Source of the DNA: an uncultured Myxococcaceae bacterium | Lineage (GTDB): Bacteria; Myxococcota_A; Polyangia; Polyangiales; Ga0077539 | Assembly: GCA_945952225.1 (NCBI GenBank) | Contig: CAMFHP010000008.1 | Coordinates: forward strand, 1,798 to 65,797 | DNA length: 64,000 bases | Direction: 5' to 3' | Shown: one piece after another, positions 28,799-40,800 of the stretch | How the letters are laid out: every line of letters begins with the position of its first letter | Numbering within the stretch: position 1 is the first letter of the stretch | The notes under the pieces: generated by a model | Told to the model about the DNA's origin: nothing | What the model saw: only the letters and a program-made list of their open reading frames with translations | Database searches by the model: none | Position numbers and translations under genes: made by a program

Positions 28799-30109
28799 TC
28801 ACTCCGTCGGCGCGTGGGGGTGCGCGTCGTCGTGGGCGCTCCACGGCAGCGCGCGTTCGCGCCAGTGCAGAAAGAGGCTCTGCACGATCGACATCACGGG
28901 CACCGCGAGGAGCGCGCCCTGGATGCCGAAGAAGTGCTCCCCCGCGAGCAGCGAGAACACCACGAGCACCGGGTGGATCTTCGCCGCGTCACCCATGATC
29001 TTCGGGTTGAGCAGGTTGGCTTCGAGCTGGTGGATCCCGAGGATCCAGAGCAGCACGAACACGCCGGTGCCGAAGCTCTGCGTGAGCCCGATCGCCACGG
29101 CGGGCACCGAGCTCAGGATCGATCCGAAGATCGGCACGAGCGAGAACACCGTCGCGACGAGCGCGAGCGTGGGACCGTACTTCAGCCCCGCGATGGCGAA
29201 GCCCACGGCGCTCAACACCCCGTTCACCATGCAGATGATGAGCTGCCCGCGCACGACGCCCTTGAGCCCGCGGTCGAGGCGGTCGAGGAGCGCGTCGAAA
29301 TCGTCGCGCGCCGCGGGGTGCACGAGCCCGCGCAGAAAGCCCCAGATCTGCGCCTCGGTCACGAGCATGTAGGCGCTGACCATCATGGTCATGAAGAACC
29401 CGAAGATGCCGCCGATGACCCCGCCGATGATGCCGCTCCCCACGCGCACGATGTCGCTGAGGTGACCGGCGCCGAGGGCCTGGAGCTTGCGGCCGAGGCC
29501 CTCCTGCTCGCCGGGGGGCGACACGCGCGGAGAGCCTACGCGGAAGCGGTTTTCGTCGATGCGCTCGATCTGGAGCCCGTCGCTCGGGAGCACCACGCGC
29601 CAGCCCCCCGCGGGCGCCGCCTCGATGCGCAGCGCGGGCTCGTCGGCCTCGTCGGGTCCGTCGACGTTGGGCGGCGCGTCGGGCGAATGTGTGGCGCCGC
29701 CGAGCACGCCCTGGAGCCTGCCCGCGAGGCGCTGCACCGAGGGCAGCCACGTGCGCTGCGCCTTCGCGCGAATCTCGGGGACCTCGTGCACGGCGAAGTC
29801 GCGCACCTCGACGACGACGCGCGGGGTGATCGCCGTGATGCCCAGCACGAGCGACGTGATGAGCCCGACGTAGATCGTGAGCACCGCGGCCCAGCGGGGC
29901 ATCGCGCGGCCCGCGACGCGCACCTTCGAGAGCGCGGTGACCACCGGAGCGAGCACGTACGCGAGGAGGGCGCCGAGCACGAAGGGCCGCAGCACGGCCT
30001 GAAACGCATAGAGCGTCGCCACGAAGACGAGGGCGCACACCGCGAGGAAGATCCGTCGGCGTCGGCGCGCGGCGGGGTCCTCGTCGAGCGCCAGGGTGCG
30101 GTCGACCAT
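28799..30109 (-). CDS. AI-2E family transporter (PerM/UPF0118)
   Basis: Eight-TM-type profile. C-terminal 'GIHQLEANLLNPKIMGDAAKIHPVLVVFSLLAGEHFFGIQGALLAVP' is characteristic of the family. Confidence 0.85.
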   Translation of the reverse strand: MVDRTLALDEDPAARRRRRIFLAVCALVFVATLYAFQAVLRPFVLGALLAYVLAPVVTALSKVRVAGRAMPRWAAVLTIYVGLITSLVLGITAITPRVVVEVRDFAVHEVPEIRAKAQRTWLPSVQRLAGRLQGVLGGATHSPDAPPNVDGPDEADEPALRIEAAPAGGWRVVLPSDGLQIERIDENRFRVGSPRVSPPGEQEGLGRKLQALGAGHLSDIVRVGSGIIGGVIGGIFGFFMTMMVSAYMLVTEAQIWGFLRGLVHPAARDDFDALLDRLDRGLKGVVRGQLIICMVNGVLSAVGFAIAGLKYGPTLALVATVFSLVPIFGSILSSVPAVAIGLTQSFGTGVFVLLWILGIHQLEANLLNPKIMGDAAKIHPVLVVFSLLAGEHFFGIQGALLAVPVMSIVQSLFLHWRERALPWSAHDDAHPHAPTE

Positions 30110-30143
30110 GGCGCATTGGTTGGCACGGAACCGCGCCCGTTGG

Positions 30144-30683
30144 CTACGGCTCTCGTACGGGCGCGAGCGCGGCGTTGCCGAGCGGTCGCAGGAGCGGTTC
30201 GAGCCGCGCCCACGTGGCGTCGAGCGCCTCGGGCATCACGCGCACGTCGGCGATGATGGGCATGAAGTTCAGGTCGCCGCGCCACCGCGGGACGATGTGC
30301 ACGTGGAGGTGCTCTGCGATGCCCGCACCCGCGGCCGCGCCGAGGTTGAGCCCCACGTTGAGGCCCTCGGCGTTCACGGCCTTCTGGAGCACCCCGCAGG
30401 TGTCGCGCACGAGTTCGAAGAGCGCCGCGTGTTCGGCGGCGGTGAGCTCCGCGAGGTCGCTCACGTGGCGCGTGGGAACCACCATGAGGTGCGACGACGC
30501 GAAGGGGTAGCGGTTGAGCATCACGAAGGCGTCGGCGCGGCGGCAGAGGATCAACCGCTCACGGTAGTGCGACGGGTCTTCGGAGGGGTAGCGACAGAAG
30601 ATGCAGCCCTGCTCCTTGGGACCGCGGATGTACTCCATCCGCCAGGGGGCCCAGAGGTGCGGACGTTCCGGTTCGTGCGACAT
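30144..30683 (-). CDS. HIT family protein (Ap4A phosphorylase / ATP adenylyltransferase-like)
   Basis: Start chosen at 'MSHEPERPHLWAPWRMEYI'. 'CIFC', 'NRYPFASSHLMVVP' and the histidine triad 'EHLHVHIVPRWRGDLNFMP'. Confidence 0.85.
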   Translation of the reverse strand: MSHEPERPHLWAPWRMEYIRGPKEQGCIFCRYPSEDPSHYRERLILCRRADAFVMLNRYPFASSHLMVVPTRHVSDLAELTAAEHAALFELVRDTCGVLQKAVNAEGLNVGLNLGAAAGAGIAEHLHVHIVPRWRGDLNFMPIIADVRVMPEALDATWARLEPLLRPLGNAALAPVREP

Positions 30684-30740
30684 GGGAGCGACGTCGCGCA
30701 CCCTAACGCGGCGCGTGACGCGCAGGGAAGGGCCTCGTCG

Positions 30741-31490
30741 CTAGCCGCGTCCCGTGAGCACGCGCGCCTTCGCCTTCGAGAGCCACTGCGTCGCCCAGAA
30801 GGGCAGCCTGCGGATCACCTGCTTGCGCGCGCGATACACCGGCGACGACACGTCGACGATGGGCGCGCCGTCGGCCACGCGGAACATCTGCGCGTACGGA
30901 TCGACGGCCTTCGCGGCCTCGTCGTTGAGGAACAGAAACGCGTTGTGCCGGTACCACGGCGCCACGGCCTCGTCGTCGCGGAGCAGCGGGCGCAGGCAGT
31001 CGTAGAGCGCGTAGCCCCGCGCCGCGAAGAGGTCGCGCCAGTACTCGTAGGGCATCTCGTGAATGTGGTTCTCGCCGCCCTGCCCCGGCGGCGCCGCGGA
31101 GAAGAGCACCGCGTTGGCGTGGGCCGTGAGGTCGGCGACGAATCCCTCGGCGCGCGAGGCCGGGAGGTGCTCGGCCACTTCGACGCTCTGCGCGAGGTCG
31201 AAGCGACGACCGAGGGCGAAGGGCTGCGCGAGGTCGTGGGCCGTGAAGCGCCCGGGGTCGACCATCATGCGCGCGCGGTCGACGTAGTCGCCGTCGAGGC
31301 CGGCGTAGTCGGCGACGCCGTGGTCGCGCCACACGGAGAGCCACGCGCCCTGGGCGCAGCCCACGTCGAGCACGCTGGTCACCGGGAGGATGCGCTGCAC
31401 CACCGCGACGACCTTGCGGGCAGAGTCGAGGGACACGCGGGTGGTGTGGTCGAAGAACGAGCTGTCGTAGGTGTACGCGGGGGTCGACAC
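30741..31490 (-). CDS. class I SAM-dependent methyltransferase
   Basis: 'VLDVGCAQGAWL' (motif I), 'FDLAQSVEVAEHL', 'VLFSAAPPGQGGENHI'. Confidence 0.8.
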   Translation of the reverse strand: MSTPAYTYDSSFFDHTTRVSLDSARKVVAVVQRILPVTSVLDVGCAQGAWLSVWRDHGVADYAGLDGDYVDRARMMVDPGRFTAHDLAQPFALGRRFDLAQSVEVAEHLPASRAEGFVADLTAHANAVLFSAAPPGQGGENHIHEMPYEYWRDLFAARGYALYDCLRPLLRDDEAVAPWYRHNAFLFLNDEAAKAVDPYAQMFRVADGAPIVDVSSPVYRARKQVIRRLPFWATQWLSKAKARVLTGRG

Positions 31491-31635
31491 GGGACTCGGT
31501 GCGCTTTCGTGCGTGGAGGGATGAGCGGGGACGCGCGGACCCGTCGGTGGCGCAACGCCGTAGGAGGCCGCGCGCGAGGCCCTTTGCGGGCCCGGGACAC
31601 TAGCAGACGAAGGGCCTGCAGTTGCGCACTTCGCG

Positions 31636-31664
31636 TTGACTTTTCGTGGGAATACGACTACCCA
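31636..31664 (+). promoter_or_regulatory. candidate promoter for rpsA
   Basis: TTGACT (31636-31641), 17 nt, TACCCA (31659-31664). The -10 is weak. It lies in a lower-GC 415-bp intergenic region. Confidence 0.25.
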
Positions 31665-31905
31665 CGGCGGCCTCGCTCCGGGTTTCTTCCGGGCGGACCC
31701 TGCGCCTCGCGCGCCGTCTCACGTCGACACCCACGTAAGGGATATTCAACTCGCACCACGACCGCGCGATGGGCGCGCGGACGGCGGAGATGCGGCCCTC
31801 TGTGAACCGGGTTTCGATGCGTACGGCGCTGTGATGCACCACCGCAGACCGCGCGAAATGATCCGTCGGGGACTTCTCTCGAAAGGCAGGTCTCAGAACA
31901 ACCGC

Positions 31906-33651
<1,746 letters not shown>

Positions 33652-33682
33652 TCCGCTGATCTCGACCTGATACGAACGGCTT

Positions 33683-33715
33683 CGCGGCGCGGTGGCGATG
33701 AGCTCCCGCGCCGCG
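33683..33715. terminator. perfect 10-bp GC hairpin between convergent rpsA and the VIT-vWA gene
   Basis: CGCGGCGCGG (33683-33692), a 13-nt loop, then CCGCGCCGCG (33706-33715), followed by TCGTCATTT. The loop is large and the T-run short, so the call is tentative. Confidence 0.35.
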
Positions 33716-33770
33716 TCGTCATTTGGGGGATCGACGCGGCGTGGGTGCGGTGTGTTGCGCGGGGGTGCGC

Positions 33771-36700
33771 TCAGCGGCGCGCGGCCGTGCGGACCGCGGC
33801 GGGATCGGGGGTGACAGGCTCGTCGACGAGGGCGCCGTCGGTCACGCGAAGCCCGCGGGCGCGGTGCTCGCGATCGAGACGAACCGTGCGCTCCACGAGG
33901 CGCGTGCGAAGGCCCTGCGGAACGAGGAGCTGCACGCGCACGTCGACCGCGCGGCGGTGTTCGAGGCCCGCCGTGGCGCGCACCACGAGGTGCTGACCGA
34001 CGAGCGCGGTGTCGGGTGTCCACACGCGCGCGCCGAGCGATGCGGGCGCGTCGCCGACGACGGTGGGCGCGGTGTCGGCGTCGGTGCGTGCGAGGAGCTC
34101 CAGCGCGAGATCGGGGTGCGTCCATCGCACGATCACGCGGCCCTCACGGGCGTTGCGAAGGCGCGCGGCCACGCGGAGCCACGCGCGCACGGCGGGATCG
34201 TCGGGGCGCAGGGCCACCACGCGGGCCACCTCGGCGTCGAGGATCGCCTGCGCCACGGGGCCCATCGCGTCGCTCCCCGACGCCTCCGATGCGCGACGGA
34301 GCAGACGGAGGCCTTCGTCTTCGCGTCCCGCGGCCAGCGCGCAGAGTGCCACGCGCACGAGCGGGAGCGCGTCGCCGGGGCTCAACATCGCGAGCGTCTG
34401 CGCGTGGTGGTAGGCCTCCGCGGGCCATCCCCAGGTGAGCAGAAGGTCGGAGAGCCGCGCGCGGGCGAAGGGATCGTAGGGCGCGAACTCGGCGACCTCG
34501 GTGAACGCGCGCAACGCCTCGTCGCGGTCGTTGGCGCGCAGGAGGAGCTCGGCCACGCGGCTCCGCACGCGCGCGTCGGCGACGGGGTCGTGGCGCAGTC
34601 GCTCGCCCACCGCGCGTGCCTCGGGGAGCGAGCCTGCGTCTTCGAGGGCGTCCATGAGACGGAGGCGGAGGTCGACGTCGTCGGGCACCGCGACGAGCCA
34701 CGCGCGCAACAGGGCGATGCGCTGCGCAGGCGTGAGCGTCGGCGCGGCGAGGCGCGTGAGGAGCGCATCCCAGTCGAGCGACACAGGCCGTGCGCCGCGC
34801 GCGCGCCACACCCACGTGGGACCGAAGCGTCGCGCGATGGCGCCGTCGAGCCACATCACCGACGCGCGGTCGGAGAGGCCGTTGCGAAGCGCCACCACGT
34901 CGTCGGGATTCGTGAGTGCCACGAGGAGCACGTCGAGCAGCGCGCGACGGTCGTCCCACGTGCGCAGCTCGCAGCGTGCGACCGCGGTGTTCCACACGTC
35001 GAGGGCGGTCGAGGCCGATGGGCCGCGCACACGCAGACGCTCGCGCCACAGCGTACGGAGCACGTCGCGTGAGAGGCCCGCGGTGGGCGCGCACACGCGC
35101 GTCGCGGGTCCCGTCGCGATGGGGAGCGACCACGTGAACGCGCGCACGTAGCGTCCCGGCGAGGCGCCGAAGAGCGCGGGCTCGGGCACGCGCACGCCCG
35201 ACACCGCGCGGCGCACACACTCGGCGGCCTCGACGTCGTTGAGGGTCGAGTACGCGAGCGTCGCCGCCGTGACCTGGCCCGTCGCGTCGATGTCGGCCGC
35301 GATGCCCACGGTGCCCGCGATCGCAGGGCGAAGTGCGCGACGTCGCGTGATGCACACCTCGGCTGCGGGACCTGCCACGGAGAGCGCCTCGACGAGCGCC
35401 GCCGCGCCGCCCACGCCGCGCCCCTCGCCCTCGCCGTGCACCTGCCAGCCGCGTCCGTCGTCGAAGGCCACGGGAACCTCGCGGGCGTCGCGCTCGGTGC
35501 GAAGCACACCGCGCGGAGCGAGGTCCGACGACACACCGAGCGACGGGAGACGCGCGCCGTCGTCCTCGGCGGGCCAGAGGCTCGCGCGCACGGTGAGTCC
35601 CTGCGCCGCGACCGTCGGATCGACGGCGGCCACCACGAGGCCCGACACCGGCGTGATCACACCGAAGCGCGCGCCGAGGTCTGCGATGGAGCCGCGTCCG
35701 GCGCCCCCTCGCGTGAGCGCGTCGATGCGCGCGGAGGCCCAGCGCCGTGCGAGGTCGCCGTGGTCGACCACGTCGCGGAGTTCGAGCGGGAGCGTCCACG
35801 CGCGCGCGGTGAGCCCGTCACGGGCGCGCACGGTGAGCTGCGTGGGGGCGCGTCCGGGGAGCTCGGCGAGGAGGTGCAGCGCATCGCCCGCGACCCACAC
35901 CGTGCGGCGCGTGGGCATCGGGTGCGTGAGCAGCGGGCCCGCATCGACGCGAAGGTCGCGAAGACACGGACGGAGCGCGTGGGCCACGATGCGTTCCGCG
36001 GCGTGCACGGCGTCGTCGGCGTCGTCGACACGCAGTGCGAGGCCGCCGTCTTCGGTGAGCGGCGCGAGCACCTCGGGGTGCGCCGCGGCGCCGAGCGTGA
36101 CGGTGTAGAGCCGCAGGTCGGGCGCCTGCCGCGTGGCCTCGTCGACGAGACGCGCAGGGTCGAGTGCGCCCACGGTGGGCGTGCCATCGCCGAGGTACAC
36201 CACCGCGCCGTTGCGCGACGGATCGAGGGCCGCGTGCGCGTCGACGAGCATGCGCGCGAGGTCGGTCGCGCCCCCCGAGCGGGCACGGGCCACGGCGTCG
36301 AGCATCGACTCGCGACGGGCGTCGTCGACGGCGGCGAGCGTGCCCAGCGAAGGCCCTGCGGGGCGCGCGCCGAGGTCGCCGACAAAGAGGGCCGCGCGGT
36401 CGTCGGGACCGAGCTGCCGGAGCATCGCGTCGATGGACGCGCGGGCCAGTTCGAGCGATGCGGGGTCGGTCGCAGCCGAGGTGTCGAGCACGAGCGCGAG
36501 GTCGGTTCCACGTGCGATGGGCGTTGGAAGCGCGACGTCGACGAGGAGGTGGCGCGTGCCATCGGGCTGCGCGGCGACGCTGCGCCACGCGCGGGCCGCG
36601 GGGATCGTGCGAGGCCTCGCGTCGTCGAGGGTGACCACGAGCGCGCCGCGCGGGCGCCAGTCGCTGCGGCGCATGCGAACGTGCTGGTCGGCGTCGAGGC

Positions 36701-37811
36701 GCGCTCCCTCGGGAGACTCCACGCGTGCGGCGTCGGCCTTCGAGAGGTCGACGTCGAGGGAGAACTCGCCCACCGCCTGCGGCGCCACCGCATCGCCGAG
36801 GGGATACACCCAGCTCCGTCGGTTGTGCGTGTGCGGGAGCCACTGAACCCACGAGAGTTCCGTGCGGCGTGTGGCGCCGGGCGCGAGCGTGCCGAGGCTC
36901 GCGTACACCTCACCGTCGCCCGCGGAGAGCAGCGCCGCGAGCCCCGCGTGGGCCACCCGTCGCGCGACCACGCCGGGCACCGCGTCGTTCCACCCGTCGC
37001 CCTCGCCCTCGCCCACACGGAACGACGACACGAGCGCGCCGTCGGGCACTCGCACGCGGTACTCCACCGGCGCGACGCGCTCGCCGCCGTTGAAGAACCG
37101 CTGCGTCACCGTGGTGATCGCGAGGTCGCCGGTCACACGCACGACCACCCGCTGCTCGTTGAGCGCGAGCGCGCCGGGCGCCTCGCCGTCGTCGCCGTGC
37201 GACACCATGCGTCCCGTCGACGCGTGCGCGGTCTGCGGGGTGGCGGCGCCGCCGGTCCAGTCGTCCCACACGCCCGCGGGGTGGAGTTCGAGCGCGCCCG
37301 TTCCTTCGAGCGACTCGCCCTGCGCGACCTGCCCCTGTCGCGCGCCCTGCTGGTACGAGGCCTCGCCGCGCACGACCACGACGCGCGTGCCCGCAACGCC
37401 TGCCACGCCGCGCTCTACGGAGAACGCCGCGTCGGCGAAGCGCAGCACCGCATCGTCGCCCACAGAGAGCGCGCGCTCGCCCTCGCCCCACGCCGATGCG
37501 GACACACGACCGCGCACCACCCGCGCGCGTCCGTCGAGGAACGTGAGCTCGGTGTCGCCCGCGAGGCGCAGCTCGATGCCGTCGTCGGTGCGCACGATGG
37601 CGCGTCCTTCGGCGGCGGTGCGCACGCTTCCGCTGCGTTCGGCGCGCGCGATGCCTTGCGGATCGACGACCGAGCCTGCGCCGAGCACGCGCACGCCCGG
37701 GTGCAGCACCTCGATGGAAGCGCAGGTCGAAGCCCCCGCGCGGAGCCCCTTAGCGCGGCACGACATTTCGCCGAGGAGCGCGACGAGTGCGACGGTGACG
37801 GCGAGCTTCAC
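33771..37811 (-). CDS. FecR-like / VIT / von Willebrand A / TonB-C(AgmX-PglI)-like / TPR giant protein (1,346 aa), paralog B
   Basis: Signal peptide and a FecR-like segment ('GRAIVRTDDGIELRLAGDTELTF'). VIT-like 'VVVRVTGDLAITTVTQRFFN...VEYRVRVP'. vWA 'LALVLDTSAATD...GGATDL...VVYLGDGTPTVG'. 'VCITRRRALRPAIAGTVGIAADIDATGQVT...ECVRRAV' resembles a TonB-C fold. TPR-like C-terminal third. Confidence 0.85.
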   Translation of the reverse strand: MKLAVTVALVALLGEMSCRAKGLRAGASTCASIEVLHPGVRVLGAGSVVDPQGIARAERSGSVRTAAEGRAIVRTDDGIELRLAGDTELTFLDGRARVVRGRVSASAWGEGERALSVGDDAVLRFADAAFSVERGVAGVAGTRVVVVRGEASYQQGARQGQVAQGESLEGTGALELHPAGVWDDWTGGAATPQTAHASTGRMVSHGDDGEAPGALALNEQRVVVRVTGDLAITTVTQRFFNGGERVAPVEYRVRVPDGALVSSFRVGEGEGDGWNDAVPGVVARRVAHAGLAALLSAGDGEVYASLGTLAPGATRRTELSWVQWLPHTHNRRSWVYPLGDAVAPQAVGEFSLDVDLSKADAARVESPEGARLDADQHVRMRRSDWRPRGALVVTLDDARPRTIPAARAWRSVAAQPDGTRHLLVDVALPTPIARGTDLALVLDTSAATDPASLELARASIDAMLRQLGPDDRAALFVGDLGARPAGPSLGTLAAVDDARRESMLDAVARARSGGATDLARMLVDAHAALDPSRNGAVVYLGDGTPTVGALDPARLVDEATRQAPDLRLYTVTLGAAAHPEVLAPLTEDGGLALRVDDADDAVHAAERIVAHALRPCLRDLRVDAGPLLTHPMPTRRTVWVAGDALHLLAELPGRAPTQLTVRARDGLTARAWTLPLELRDVVDHGDLARRWASARIDALTRGGAGRGSIADLGARFGVITPVSGLVVAAVDPTVAAQGLTVRASLWPAEDDGARLPSLGVSSDLAPRGVLRTERDAREVPVAFDDGRGWQVHGEGEGRGVGGAAALVEALSVAGPAAEVCITRRRALRPAIAGTVGIAADIDATGQVTAATLAYSTLNDVEAAECVRRAVSGVRVPEPALFGASPGRYVRAFTWSLPIATGPATRVCAPTAGLSRDVLRTLWRERLRVRGPSASTALDVWNTAVARCELRTWDDRRALLDVLLVALTNPDDVVALRNGLSDRASVMWLDGAIARRFGPTWVWRARGARPVSLDWDALLTRLAAPTLTPAQRIALLRAWLVAVPDDVDLRLRLMDALEDAGSLPEARAVGERLRHDPVADARVRSRVAELLLRANDRDEALRAFTEVAEFAPYDPFARARLSDLLLTWGWPAEAYHHAQTLAMLSPGDALPLVRVALCALAAGREDEGLRLLRRASEASGSDAMGPVAQAILDAEVARVVALRPDDPAVRAWLRVAARLRNAREGRVIVRWTHPDLALELLARTDADTAPTVVGDAPASLGARVWTPDTALVGQHLVVRATAGLEHRRAVDVRVQLLVPQGLRTRLVERTVRLDREHRARGLRVTDGALVDEPVTPDPAAVRTAARR

Positions 37812-40800
37812 GGCGCCCTCCGGGTGGCGATGCGAACGTGGGTGTCGGGCTCGGGCGGCGGTGTGAGCGCGCCGTCGACGACGTCGAAGCGCGCACGAGA
37901 TTGCGACGCCTCGAAGCGCACGCGCTGACGCACGACACGTTCGCGCGGCGTGCCTTCGTTCCAGAGCACCACGAGCTCGACGTCACCACGCGGACGACCG
38001 CCGCCCGCGCGGCGCACTTCGAGGGAGAGCCCCGCGGGAACGTCGGACCACACCGCGCCTTCGAGGGGCACCTGCGCGCCCACGAGTTCGGCGCGTCGAA
38101 GGGGCACGTCGCGGGTCGCGACCCAGAGCTCGGCCGACTCGTCGGGGTGCAACGCGCGAAGCACCACACGCACCGCGCCGGCACCACGCGCCGCGGGGCT
38201 CCGACGCCATCGTGCGCGCAGGGCGGCCACGTCGCGCGCGGCGGCGTGCGGGTCGGACGCGGCGAGTGCGAGCTCGGTGGCGATCCACGCGGCGGCGGCT
38301 TCGACAGTGCCATCGGTCGCACCCGGTCCGCCCGCGGTGCTCACGCGCTCCGCGAGACGGATCGACTCGTCGAAGCGACCGGCCGCGCGCGCGGCCCACG
38401 CGAGTCGCAGCAGGATCTCGGGCGCGTCGCGCCGCAGGGTCGCGAGGGTCTGAAACTGCCGATACGCCTCCTGCGCCCAGCCGTGAGCGAGCGCGATGTC
38501 ACCGAGACGCTGACGCGCCGCGGGATCGTCGGGGGCGAACTCCACGATCTCGGAGAACGCGCGCCGCGCCTCGGCCTCGTCGCCGATCGCGAAGAGCGCC
38601 TCACCCACCACGGTGCGGGCGCGTGCGTCGGTGCGCGGGTCTTCGCGGAGCTTCGCCGCCGTGGCGCGCACCACCTCGCGATCGTCTGCGAGCACCGCGG
38701 CGTCGAGCACGAGCAGCGCCAGTTCGAAGTCGTCACCGTGCACGCGCGACAGGGCCAGCAGCACCGAGAGCCGCTCGCGGGGCGTCACCGCGTGGGCGAG
38801 CGCCGCGGAGAGCGTGGCCGCATCGAGGCGTCCGAGGCCGAGCTCGTCGGCGCGCGCGAGCTCTCCGCGCCGGGCGAGCGTGCGGAGCAGCACGTCGCGC
38901 ATCCACGCGCGTGCACCGGCGTCGCGCGCGAGCCCGCGGTAGAGCGCGATCTGTCCGTCGACGGATCCCACCGTCTGCGCGAGCACGCGCAGCATCGCCA
39001 CGCGGTCGGGCCATGCGGGCAGCTCGCACGCGCGCTTCGCGTCGCTCCACACGCGGAGCGCGGTGGCCGCGTCGGCCTGCGCGAGCCGTTCGCGCCAGAG
39101 CGACACGCGCTCGGCGAGGGTCACCGCCGCGGCGTCGCTGCACCGTGCGAGCGCAGTGGTCTCTGCGGGTGCGGGCGCCGACTGGGCGGCGCGCTGCGCC
39201 TGGTCTGCGGCGGGCTCGCGGTGGTCACGGGCGTTGCGCTCGTCGCCGTCGAATCCCGCGACGGACGAGCCCTCGATGCCCCATCGCGACGTCGTCGCAC
39301 GTCGACCGCCCGCGGGGCGTAGTCCGTCGGCAGCGCGCTCCGTCGCGGGCATCACGGGTGCCGCGGTCGGAGGTGGCGGCGGCGCGGCGACCGTCGGCTC
39401 GGCCTCCGCAGCGTTGCGATTCATCGGCGCGAGCGGCTGCTCCTGTTGCGCGGCCTCACGGGCCACACCGGGTGACGACGGTGCTTCGGGCTGCGCGGGG
39501 ATGTTTGTGGTGCGATCGATGTCCTGCGGAGCCGCGGTGGGTGTGGTGGTCGACGCGCTCGGCGCGGGTGCAGCAACCGGTGCCTGCGCGACGGTCGCGG
39601 CGGGGACCTCTTCGCGCGCCTCGTGGTCGAGGCGTGCGCATCCCACGAGCGGAATCAGATCGACGAGGGACCACCGCAGGTCGCTCTCGCGACGCGCATC
39701 GCGGGGCACGAGCGGCTCGTCTTCCGAGGGCACGTAGAACGACGTGAACGGCGTCACGAGCCCGAAGCGCGTGCCGAGTTCGACGACCACCGCGCGGGGC
39801 TCACCCGTCGCGAGCAGGTGATCGAGGCGGGCCGACGCCCAGCGCGCGCGCAGGTCGTCGCGGTCCGCGAGGGTGCGCACCGCGGGGTCGACGGTGCGCA
39901 CACGTTCCTGACCATTCCAGCGCGCGCGCACGGTGACACGCGGGGTGCGATCGCCGGTGGCGCGTCCGACGACCACGAGGGGTTCGCCCGCAGGCACGTC
40001 GACGGGCCCCACCGGGTACACACGTTCGACGTCGGGCCCCAGGTCGACCTGAAACCCTCGCACCAGCGGACGCGTCGCGTGTTCGATCACCTCGATGGCC
40101 GTGCGCGCGACCTCGGCGCGTCGTGCCACGCGCGCGGCGAATCCCGTGGGGGCCGCGATGCCCGCGAGCACGTCGAGCTTCGGCGCGTCGCCCACCGCGA
40201 TCGCGTAGAGCCTCGGGTGCGGATCCATGCGCGCGAGCCGCGCCCGCAGCGCCGTCACATCGGCCTCGCCCACCGTCGCATCGCCGTCACCGACGTACAC
40301 GATCACGCCGTTGCGTCGCGGGTCGAGGGCCGCGTGGGCCGCGTCGAACATGGCGCCGAGATCGGTTGCGCCACCGCGGCGGTCGTTGGCCAGCGCGTCG
40401 AGCAGCCGCTGACGGGCCTCGTCGGTCACCGCCGCGAGCCGTGCTTCGGGCGCGCCCACGGACCGCGTGGACACATCCCCCGCGAGCACGAGGAGCCGAT
40501 CGCGCGGCGAGAGCGAGCGCACGAGGGCCTCCGCGAAGGCCTGCCCGAGGAGCGCCGAGGCGGGGTCGGTGGCCGCCGAGTGGTCGACCACCACCACGAG
40601 GTCGACGCCCTCGTCGCGCGCGGTGAGCGCCTCGGAGAACGGCGGCTGCACCGCGACGCGCACGAAGCCGAAGCGGTCACCGACGGCGCCCGACGACGGC
40701 ACGCGCACGACGCTGGCCGCCAGGGGCGGAGGGCCTTCGAGGTCGAGCACGAAGTCCGCGGCGGGGAGCGTGTCGCTGCGAGAGAATGTGAGGTGGTCTC

